Assembly (NCBI GenBank): GCA_031426555.1
Contig: JANPLN010000030.1
Span: forward strand, 32,001 to 96,000
Length of the DNA stretch: 64,000 nucleotides
Direction: 5' to 3'
Source: Bdellovibrionales bacterium
GTDB taxonomy: Bacteria; Bdellovibrionota; Bdellovibrionia; Bdellovibrionales; JAGQZY01
The position numbers were made by a program, and so were the translations under genes. Under the pieces are notes generated by a model. The model did no database searches. It saw only the letters and a program-made list of their open reading frames with translations, and was not told the origin of the DNA. This document shows, in pieces, positions 41,076 through 49,394 of this stretch (positions are counted from its first letter, which is position 1; every line of letters begins with the position of its first letter).

Positions 41076-41291
41076 ACACACTTTTTGGGACTCATTGCAT
41101 AAAATTTCTTGCACGAGAATTCCTTAAACCTTTTATTTATTTCGCAGCACTCGCGGACACGGGCTCGTCTTCGTAGGTCGTCATTGCATGACGCCCCACG
41201 GATACGCCCCGTTCGCACGTGAGCTCGTAAATAAAAAGTTTAAGGAATTCTCGTGCAAGAAATTTTATGCAATGAGTCCCAAAAAGTGTGT
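41076..41291. repeat. Long foldback element E4 (64-bp arms, 88-nt self-complementary core)
   Basis: 41076-41139 is the reverse complement of 41228-41291 with 1 mismatch; lies between convergent genes. Confidence 0.95.
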
Positions 41292-41365
41292 GGGCACGGA
41301 GCGAGCTCTCCTCGCGAACGAGCGCCGAAAGCGCTTTTGTCCATTGCCTTACCTAGCTACGTAAC

Positions 41366-44113
41366 CTACTGGCAGATTTGGGTGAAAATGTTTGTCTGCG
41401 GTGCTAACGGCTCTTGGGGTGTGGGGATGTTGAGGGTGGTTCTTAGCTGTTCGTCAATTTGGGCGACTTGGTTGTTTAAATTTAAGATTTGCGGACAGGT
41501 GTCGGCGACGACGGATTTGAGTTCTATGCTTTTTAAAGAAAGCAGAGAGACTTTTGCCATCAAAAGGGATTCTTCGGCGAGAAGGTCTTCCTTTTGTTTT
41601 TGTAGGACCAAGAGGGCGGCCTCACTTTGAACTAACAAAGTATTATAGTTTTTTATCGTGGCTTCAATGTCCGTTATTTTCTGCAGGGCCGCTGTCTTGT
41701 TTACGAGCAATTCATTAATATTGTTTTGGTTAGCGTACTCAGTTGCGGCGAGTTGTGAGGCAGTCAGTTCGCCAGCAAGCCTACTGCTTTCGCTGTTCTG
41801 AACGTCTATTGTTTGCAAAAGTTGAGACTGAATTTGCAAAACGGCATCTTCAAACTGGGCCTTTCCGATAAAAATCTGCTGGAACGAATTTTCGCATTGA
41901 GCGGGATTTATGGAAGGAACGAGACACTGTGTAAACATCGTCTCGAGGAAGGTCGAGGCTTCGGTGCTCTCTTGCAATTTGGAAACCTGCAGGCGAAAAT
42001 TTTGTACTAATGCATTGAATTCGCTTTCTTTGGAGCGAAAACCAGCCTGTGATTCTTCAATTTTGGCAGACACTTCTTGGATGTGGACTTGCAGGTTGGT
42101 CGTCTGGATATCTAAGTTGTTCAACTGCTGCTTTTCACATGCAAACACGTTCGTATAAAAGTCTGAATTGTAAATCGTATTTTCACCGATATTGTTAAGC
42201 TCTGGATTGTTGCAATTCGAAAATTCGTCGCTGGTTCGTTGTTGGGAAGACCAACGCCAAACAATGAGACGGAGCAGGGTCCAATTTTGTAACATGACTT
42301 CGAGTTCAGAGTCCGAAGCACCCAGTTCTTGGGAAAGCCGTTCAGAGACAATTTCGACCTTACTTTTTTCTTCGTCCCAGGGTTGGGGCACACCACTCAA
42401 AAGAGTGTCGATGGTTGTAGGAGGCAAAGAGTTTAATAGTTGAGTTCGCAAAGAGGTGTTTAAAAGTTCGTTGGGATTGAGACAGGGACTTTTCTCAAGC
42501 TGAGGGTCAAGAATGATATTTGGATCGCAAACTAAGTGCATAAAAATCAGAGCTCTTGATTCGATATTTCGTTTTATAAACGAATTCAATTCCTGACTCA
42601 GCTGTTGGAATTTATTTTGGTGATAGGCGAACTCATTGTCAAAAGTTCTCTCTCCTTTGATAGAGATGGTATCTTCGATTCTCGTGTTTAAAATGATAAA
42701 CGAAATATCGTCGAGATCTGCATAATAGGGGATTTGATTAAACTGGCGTTTTGCTCGTTCGATTCCTTGAAGTTCTGTCTCAGCTTTTGTCTTCTCGGAA
42801 ACAAACTCAAGATAGTGAGTAAACGCTGTGTCTTGCTGGCGAGCGGCGTCTACTAACGTCTTTGAGCCATCGTGAAAAAGTTTTAAGGATTCAATCTGTC
42901 GGTTGATCCGATTGTACTCCTGGGTGCGCGACCCTATTTCGGCATTTTTTTGCTCGATGGTTTCCAAGTTCCAAGGAGGAGAGCTTTGAGGGATACTTTC
43001 TTTTGGCGGTACCAGCAAAGTTTTTTCCTCGAGCATTTCTGTTAAATGTTCGATCATTGCCATGACCTCGTTCGACTTGGCTCGAAGCTCCTGTTCTCGC
43101 TGACTGAACTCATTAATTTTAGGTAAAAATGGCGCGAGTGATTGATTGATGACTGCAATTTCGACGGTTGCCGTGGCACTATTTTGCGATTCCTGCGAAA
43201 TATTACTTTTTGTCGAGGACAGTGTCGCCTGAAGATCTTTGATTTGTTGATTTATTTGCGGGATGAGACCACTTTGTTGTTCTAGACCGCCTGATATTGC
43301 TTGGAGTCGGCTCTGAATTTCCTGTTGTTGAGTAGAAAAGTCTTTGAATGAATTCACAGCATTTGAAAGAGACTCCGATTGGAATGCGGCAAATTGCGCA
43401 ATGAGAGTTTCTTTTTGTTGAAGAAGCGGCAGTGCAGAATTATAGCTGTCTAATGTGATAGGCAACGACTTATCAACTCCTTGGATTTCACTCAGCTGTT
43501 GAGCGTAATCGAGAAGACCAAACCCTGTGGATACGGCGTCTTCCGGTAAATATTCAAAAGACTTTTCGGCCATGCATGCGATCGCCAATTTTTTGTAAGC
43601 ATTCGTAGTTCCACTGAGACTTAAATTGGCTGACCACAAATTACCAGTTTCGCTTTCGACTACAACGTTTGCTCGTATTTGCGATAGGAAAAGAGCCACC
43701 ATTGCCTGGATTTCTCGTACGTCCAAATCCTTAGTTTCAAACGTCATGGTATTATTGACTGTGGTGGTTGTGCCTGTTAGCTCGATGAGCTTGCTTTCCA
43801 AAGTCTGCAGGGTGTCAGTAAGAGAGGGATTAAAAATGGCGTTATCGCCAATGCCATCGATGTCTTTCCACTGAAGGTATACTTTTTTAGGCTTATGAGA
43901 AAAGAACTCAATTTTAAAGGACGGAGTTATGTTCTGTTTGAAGTTGAATGAAACGCGTACTTCGGACTCAAATTCATTCTCGTCGATTTTAAAGAATAAA
44001 TTATCAGATTGCTCGACGGAACAAGCAGCCTCTACAAAATCAAAACCTAGGGCTTGTTGAAAGCCTCCGAAAAGTGTTCCTATAAAAATTGAAAAAAGAA
44101 TATAATATTTCAT
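41366..44113 (-). CDS. Large secreted coiled-coil protein
   Basis: Signal peptide MKYYILFSIFIGTLFGGFQQALG; long Q/E/L heptad regions flanking a Cys-containing central domain. Confidence 0.75.
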   Translation of the reverse strand: MKYYILFSIFIGTLFGGFQQALGFDFVEAACSVEQSDNLFFKIDENEFESEVRVSFNFKQNITPSFKIEFFSHKPKKVYLQWKDIDGIGDNAIFNPSLTDTLQTLESKLIELTGTTTTVNNTMTFETKDLDVREIQAMVALFLSQIRANVVVESETGNLWSANLSLSGTTNAYKKLAIACMAEKSFEYLPEDAVSTGFGLLDYAQQLSEIQGVDKSLPITLDSYNSALPLLQQKETLIAQFAAFQSESLSNAVNSFKDFSTQQQEIQSRLQAISGGLEQQSGLIPQINQQIKDLQATLSSTKSNISQESQNSATATVEIAVINQSLAPFLPKINEFSQREQELRAKSNEVMAMIEHLTEMLEEKTLLVPPKESIPQSSPPWNLETIEQKNAEIGSRTQEYNRINRQIESLKLFHDGSKTLVDAARQQDTAFTHYLEFVSEKTKAETELQGIERAKRQFNQIPYYADLDDISFIILNTRIEDTISIKGERTFDNEFAYHQNKFQQLSQELNSFIKRNIESRALIFMHLVCDPNIILDPQLEKSPCLNPNELLNTSLRTQLLNSLPPTTIDTLLSGVPQPWDEEKSKVEIVSERLSQELGASDSELEVMLQNWTLLRLIVWRWSSQQRTSDEFSNCNNPELNNIGENTIYNSDFYTNVFACEKQQLNNLDIQTTNLQVHIQEVSAKIEESQAGFRSKESEFNALVQNFRLQVSKLQESTEASTFLETMFTQCLVPSINPAQCENSFQQIFIGKAQFEDAVLQIQSQLLQTIDVQNSESSRLAGELTASQLAATEYANQNNINELLVNKTAALQKITDIEATIKNYNTLLVQSEAALLVLQKQKEDLLAEESLLMAKVSLLSLKSIELKSVVADTCPQILNLNNQVAQIDEQLRTTLNIPTPQEPLAPQTNIFTQICQ

Positions 44114-44123
44114 AAATCCTCGA

Positions 44124-47100
44124 TTAAAAAATGGGTTCCACCGGTGGCAGAAGTGGAAGTCCTTCTTTGACAATGTCCATAAAAATTGGCAGAGCGAGAG
44201 CGCCTCCTGTGGAGCCTGTTGAGGCGGGACTGTCGTAGCCAACCCAAACTGCAATCACAAAATTCCGGCTAAAACCGATAAACCAATTATCGTGAGAATT
44301 CGAACTGGTTCCGGTTTTTCCACCAAAACAAATTTGACCCGAGATTCCCATGGCAGTGCCGTCACAAAAATTAAGACCAAGGGAATTTACTGGAAAGTCC
44401 CGCAAGCTTTGCGCGGTTCCGACGTTGGCAACCTGAACTAAAATTCGCTGTATATCAAAAACGACTTGTCTGTTATCGGAGTAAGGCACGTTTGTCGATT
44501 CGAAGAGATTTGGGGGGGTTATGTCTTCGCCACGACCGTTTCTAAAAGTTTTAAAATAAACAGGCTTCACAATTTTTTGACCATTGGAAAAGAAGCTAAA
44601 AGAGGACGCAAGTTTCTCCACAGTCAGCTCTTGCGCTCCCAAAACAATAGACGGTCGATATTGGACACTCGAACTACTATAAAGATCTATCTCCACGAGA
44701 AAATCGACGAACTCCCGCAAATTTTCGAAACGGTCGGTCCCGAATCCAGAGTTTGTCAGTAGTCCCACGGCCGGCTTGTTAATAGATTTTGTGAGTGCTT
44801 GCTCAATGGTGACTTGCGAAGATCCTGCACTACCGTCGAAGTTGTCTGGGACGTAGTTTGAGTTGTCGTCAATCCTAAAATTAACGCCGGAGTTTTGAAT
44901 GAGACTGTCGGGACGAAATCCTTTCGTTAGTGCGAGATAATAGATCCACGGTTTTAAAGTGGAGCCCACAGGGCGCCTTGAAATATTTGATCGGTCAAAA
45001 AAGCGCGACGTTTGTGGGTTGTATCCACCAAACTGGGCCAGCACTTCGCCGGTGTTACTGTTCATTACGATGGCGGCGGCCTGAAGCTTTGGGGATTGCA
45101 GGGTGAACGACTGCGAGTTTTCCGCTTTCGAGACCCATACTATTTGTTCGTGCAGGATTTCATTCCTTTGCATTTTTGATTTTAATATTTGTTGGTGTTC
45201 TTGCGTTAATCGAATTTCGATGATGCCTTGATCGTCGCTGATCAGAACATTGGTATTTGCTCCGTCTTTTGCGATAAAAGCAGGGAGCATATATTCCCGC
45301 GGAGAATTTTCCAGCATTTTTTGCAGGGCACTTTGAATGAGCAGATTCTTTACCTGCGACGTGCGAATTTCTGGATAGACCGTTACATCGAATGCTTTGA
45401 AGCATGGGCTCATAAGTCGTAGGATTTCGAGGGGTGTTTGCGAGTCACCCGTAGGGGGACTAAAAATGTCCAAAATAGATTGGCACTGTTGTGGATTGGT
45501 CCAGATGGCGATGACTTCCCCAAGGGAGAATTTTTTATTTGAGAAATCGTTGACGTTAAATACCTCTTGCGTCGTCCGAATTACCGAGTTGCTTGGGTGA
45601 AAATAAAACTGTGTGGAGTTTTGCGAAGCCAATGAAATGACAAAATCGACGTCACGGCCCTCTTTGCTGAGAACCTCTCGAAATTCCGTCAGCGCCTCGC
45701 GCAGTTCAGATGTAACGTCGGTTGCATCGATTTGGGCAAAGCGACTGCGATCGTTTCTTGCGGCTTCAATCCGACTTTCTGTGGTGCGATCACGATCATA
45801 GCTGTCGAGTTTACTGATGATATTTTTTCTTACAATTCCCTGCAAATTCATATCAATCGTGCTCACAAGTTCCGACTGGATGACTTGAGCTCCTGTGGAG
45901 TTCGCCGAATTTTCCGAAACGTAGTTTCGTGCCATGAGTTCAAGATAAATGGAAGAGTCCGAAGCCGGTCTTTGATTGCTTTTTTGCTCCCACTGCGGAA
46001 GAGGTGTAGCTTGAGCTTGCAGGAGCTCGTTCTGATTGATCGGTTCGAGCAAACTGCTTTCCCAGCTTAGCTTACTCATTTGTTCAAGCACGTAAAGTCT
46101 GCGACCTTTGGTGTAAGAATCATAGTTGCTCGGTAACGAGTACCGATTGGGACGTTTGAACAGGGAGGCAATAAAAGCCGCCTCCGGGATATTGATAGCA
46201 ATCGCATCTTTTTCGAAGAATGTTTTTGCCGCTTGATCTATGCCGCGAATCCCCGGTCCATAATCCATCATGTTTAAGTAGTTCTCGAGCACCACTTTTT
46301 TTCCAGTCCCAGGTTTTTTTGCCTCCCAATACATTTCGTACGGCTTAGCCCAAAACCATTCCCGTATTTTTCGCAGTAGGCTTTTTAAACTGCCGTTTGT
46401 AAAGAGCGTATTTCCGCTGGCGCTCTCCTTGTCTAAAAAATAAAAGTTTTTTAAAAGCTGCATAGTAAGAGTAGATCCACCTGACAGTTGGCTTTCATCG
46501 GACGTGGATTTCATTTGCACAGCCATGCGCACCATAGACGTCATATCAACGCCTTCGTGCAACCAGAACGAGCTATCTTCTGCGGCGATTAAAGCCTTAG
46601 TCACATTTGGTGAAATTTGCGGGTAAGCAAGCCAATTTTCGGTTTGCGAAAATAGATAGTCGACGAATTGACCATGGCGATCGTACAGACTGGTTTTTCC
46701 AAAGTAGCGTAAATTTCCCAAACTTTCCATATCCCTTGTCGAAAGAATGAGAAGTTCATTTTTGATAAACAATTGTACGTCTTTAGTTTCCTGTGATGTA
46801 AACGATCTCGAGGTGAAATCGTCGGAACATATTTTAGTAATTGTGGATTTAACAAGGTCGGCGCTGGAATTTTCTTCGAGAAGATCGTCGGAATGCTTGT
46901 CTACGATTTGAAACAAAAAATTTAGGACCTCTGACTTTGACATATCCAGTTCAATTTGCATATCTGCGAAAAGAGCTCGACATGTTCGATTTGCTGCCGA
47001 CAAAGAGGTGGTGCCATCAGAAGACAATAAGTTCAAGCTGACAGGATCCACAGTTGTATTGAAATACTTTTGTTGCATTTTGTTTGCGGGCACATACTGG

Positions 47101-47147
47101 TGCAGCGAAAAAAATGTCAAAACAATAAGTTTTGATATGATATCCAT
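44124..47147 (-). CDS. Class A (bifunctional) penicillin-binding protein with large insertions
   Basis: Transglycosylase motifs EDSSFWLHEG, GGSTLTMQL, RKIRE, LENYLN; transpeptidase motifs STLK, SIN, KTG. Confidence 0.92.
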   Translation of the reverse strand: MDIISKLIVLTFFSLHQYVPANKMQQKYFNTTVDPVSLNLLSSDGTTSLSAANRTCRALFADMQIELDMSKSEVLNFLFQIVDKHSDDLLEENSSADLVKSTITKICSDDFTSRSFTSQETKDVQLFIKNELLILSTRDMESLGNLRYFGKTSLYDRHGQFVDYLFSQTENWLAYPQISPNVTKALIAAEDSSFWLHEGVDMTSMVRMAVQMKSTSDESQLSGGSTLTMQLLKNFYFLDKESASGNTLFTNGSLKSLLRKIREWFWAKPYEMYWEAKKPGTGKKVVLENYLNMMDYGPGIRGIDQAAKTFFEKDAIAINIPEAAFIASLFKRPNRYSLPSNYDSYTKGRRLYVLEQMSKLSWESSLLEPINQNELLQAQATPLPQWEQKSNQRPASDSSIYLELMARNYVSENSANSTGAQVIQSELVSTIDMNLQGIVRKNIISKLDSYDRDRTTESRIEAARNDRSRFAQIDATDVTSELREALTEFREVLSKEGRDVDFVISLASQNSTQFYFHPSNSVIRTTQEVFNVNDFSNKKFSLGEVIAIWTNPQQCQSILDIFSPPTGDSQTPLEILRLMSPCFKAFDVTVYPEIRTSQVKNLLIQSALQKMLENSPREYMLPAFIAKDGANTNVLISDDQGIIEIRLTQEHQQILKSKMQRNEILHEQIVWVSKAENSQSFTLQSPKLQAAAIVMNSNTGEVLAQFGGYNPQTSRFFDRSNISRRPVGSTLKPWIYYLALTKGFRPDSLIQNSGVNFRIDDNSNYVPDNFDGSAGSSQVTIEQALTKSINKPAVGLLTNSGFGTDRFENLREFVDFLVEIDLYSSSSVQYRPSIVLGAQELTVEKLASSFSFFSNGQKIVKPVYFKTFRNGRGEDITPPNLFESTNVPYSDNRQVVFDIQRILVQVANVGTAQSLRDFPVNSLGLNFCDGTAMGISGQICFGGKTGTSSNSHDNWFIGFSRNFVIAVWVGYDSPASTGSTGGALALPIFMDIVKEGLPLLPPVEPIF

Positions 47148-47148
47148 A

Positions 47149-48300
47149 CTATTCTTCTTCTTTGGGAGACATCCAGTTTGCGATTGTATCTTCGACCGAT
47201 TGCATTGCCGAGGTTGCAGCGGCCCCAGCACCATTCGTTACAACACCCAGATAGTCACTTTCGTTGCGAGCTTCTCGCGCTGATTGTAGGTTTTGAGCCA
47301 AAGAGATACAGCTTTCTAAACTACTCTGACTTCTCACGCAGCTTGTAAGTAGCTTTTCCACACAAACGCTTTGATATTTTTCGTGCATACATCGGCCGAC
47401 AGCCCATGGACCGAACTTAGAAATGAGCAGGCTCACTTCTTCGAGTTTTCCCACGTTATTTGCCTGTAGCTGAGACAAGTACTCATCGTAAATTTCCACA
47501 GCTTGGAGGGGTAAAGAAATTTTCGAAACCATCGAGATGGTCACGCTTTGCGAATTCAATGTCATGCTAAGAGATACTAACTGATCAATATTTTTACTCA
47601 CTTCTGCAAGCTCCGTCGAGGAACCCACTAAACTTTTAATCAAATCCAGATCCACTTTCATTGTTTGCGAACCGTCGACGCTTTCGATAACGATGGCCTC
47701 TGCCATAACCTGTTTAAGCAGATCAACTGCTTGCTGACTCATTTCGGGTGCGCCATTTGAGTTTCGTGGTGATCGAGCCCCTAAAGTTTGTCGCGGTCGC
47801 TGTGCCTGCGGTTCTAGCTTGGCGACGACTTCGCTAAGTTTGTCCTTAAGGCCAACAAGGTCTGTGATGCCGGTCTGCGCGACAACTGAATCTGTGACAG
47901 CAGAATCATTGTCGGCAGAGTCATTACTGACACGGTTCACAACAGCTTTAAAAAAAAGCTCCTTAGATACGTTAGCTTCTAACTTCACTTCAAGAATGCC
48001 ATCAGAGGCTTGTTGCGAGAGCTGCATGGCGAGATTTCCGCTAAGTCTCGCGACATCTTTGGTGGAGGAAAATTCTGTGAGGATGAGCCCTTGCGCCATT
48101 TGGCTGTCGGGTAATACAGTCGCTTTAGTATCTTCAGCCACAATCTGGGTTCTACCGACTAAAGCGGCGAGCAAAGACTCAACGATCAATTGAACGTTAG
48201 CATCCATTTGCGTTTTGAGTGGCAGTGATTCCTGGGCATTTGACAGTCTAGGCGCAAACATAAGACCGGTGATTGCAAGAGCGATTAAAAATGGGCGCAT
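47149..48300 (-). CDS. Secreted hypothetical protein
   Basis: Signal peptide ...PRLSNA, SD GGAGG, C-terminal four-Cys helical segment. Confidence 0.75.
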   Translation of the reverse strand: MRPFLIALAITGLMFAPRLSNAQESLPLKTQMDANVQLIVESLLAALVGRTQIVAEDTKATVLPDSQMAQGLILTEFSSTKDVARLSGNLAMQLSQQASDGILEVKLEANVSKELFFKAVVNRVSNDSADNDSAVTDSVVAQTGITDLVGLKDKLSEVVAKLEPQAQRPRQTLGARSPRNSNGAPEMSQQAVDLLKQVMAEAIVIESVDGSQTMKVDLDLIKSLVGSSTELAEVSKNIDQLVSLSMTLNSQSVTISMVSKISLPLQAVEIYDEYLSQLQANNVGKLEEVSLLISKFGPWAVGRCMHEKYQSVCVEKLLTSCVRSQSSLESCISLAQNLQSAREARNESDYLGVVTNGAGAAATSAMQSVEDTIANWMSPKEEE

Positions 48301-48518
48301 TGTTCCTCCAAATGTATTAATACGTTGCGTTAACGCTTTGTACCATTTGTTGCCGGAGGAAGAATATTAAACCGCCCAGTTTGAAAAAAAGTAAATTCAT
48401 GAGTGATTCTAGTGCCTTTTCGGAGCCAATTTAACGGATCCAATTCTTGCACTTTATGACGCATAATGGTAATACGATGCGTTAATAGTTTAACTTTTTA
48501 GGTCAAAGCGAGGATCAA

Positions 48519-49382
48519 ATGAGCGCAATACGGTTTCTAATACTATGTCTTTTGGGTGTGATGACAGGGGCTAAGGCCTTAGCAACGGAGCCTGTCTATG
48601 ATGAACCTGTAAATACAAATCAATATGACGATCACTTTGTGGACCGATATCAAGGGGATTCCTCTGACTGGTTAAACGGTTTGTTCGAACAAGATGGGGA
48701 CGGACCAATATTTATGCCGGGCGCTGAAGTTAGCGATCTTCCCGGAGTGTCAGTTGTTCCCAAAGATTCTGAATTTCCTGAAGTCGAAGTAGTTCCAGAA
48801 GTTTCTGAAGTCCCTGAAGTTGCAGAGATTCCTGAGGTGCCAGCGGTTCCCGAAGTTGCAGAGATTCCTGAGGTGCCAGCGGTTCCTGAAGTTGCAGAGA
48901 TTCCCGAGGTCCCAGTGGTTCCCGAAGTTGCAAGCGGACTTTCGGCGGATGATTTGCTACCAGCCTCTACGCCAACGAGCAGCGAACTTGTAGCTGCTGT
49001 TTCTGCGGACAAGTTGGCGCTGCTTCTTGTTGATGACGACAAGGTGAAACAGTCGCTTGAGCAAGTTTCGTTATTTTTTGTCGCCGGGCAAATGGGAACA
49101 GTGAACGAATTGTCGGAAAAATTTAAAGATGTCGGAACACTTTGTTTATTTTCAACCACTGGCGATAGTTCATCTTTGGCAGATACCATTCAAAAAGACG
49201 TGGTGTTGCAAGGTTCTTCCAAAGAGCAAAAACCCGATAGCAACGGGAACACAACTCTGGAGATCAAATTCTCTGATGGTACCCTTAAACTCTTTTGCAT
49301 TAAAAATAACGCGAGCGAATTCACGTTTGGTGATCTTCGCTCCGCGCTCAAAGGCATCGTCGAGGTGAGAGTTCTTCGATAA
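48519..49382 (+). CDS. Secreted acidic protein with PEV-rich repeats
   Basis: Signal peptide ...AKALA; (PEVAEIPEVPAV)x3 repeat linker. Confidence 0.75.
   Translation: MSAIRFLILCLLGVMTGAKALATEPVYDEPVNTNQYDDHFVDRYQGDSSDWLNGLFEQDGDGPIFMPGAEVSDLPGVSVVPKDSEFPEVEVVPEVSEVPEVAEIPEVPAVPEVAEIPEVPAVPEVAEIPEVPVVPEVASGLSADDLLPASTPTSSELVAAVSADKLALLLVDDDKVKQSLEQVSLFFVAGQMGTVNELSEKFKDVGTLCLFSTTGDSSSLADTIQKDVVLQGSSKEQKPDSNGNTTLEIKFSDGTLKLFCIKNNASEFTFGDLRSALKGIVEVRVLR
48813..48932 (+). repeat. 36-bp coding tandem repeat, about 3.3 copies
   Basis: CCYGAAGTTGCAGAGATTCCYGAGGTSCCAGYGGTT repeated at 48813, 48849 and 48885, plus a partial copy. Confidence 0.9.
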
Positions 49383-49394
49383 TTGAAGGCTTCC

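Noticed and set aside
41076..41291. E4 and the other foldbacks as integron attC sites
   Set aside because: No RYYYAAC/GTTRRRY ends, arms too perfect, and no integrase or cassette array.
48650..49189. Antisense Ser/Gly/Thr-repeat ORF
   Set aside because: Mirror of the PEV repeat in the + strand gene, which has the signal peptide and SD.
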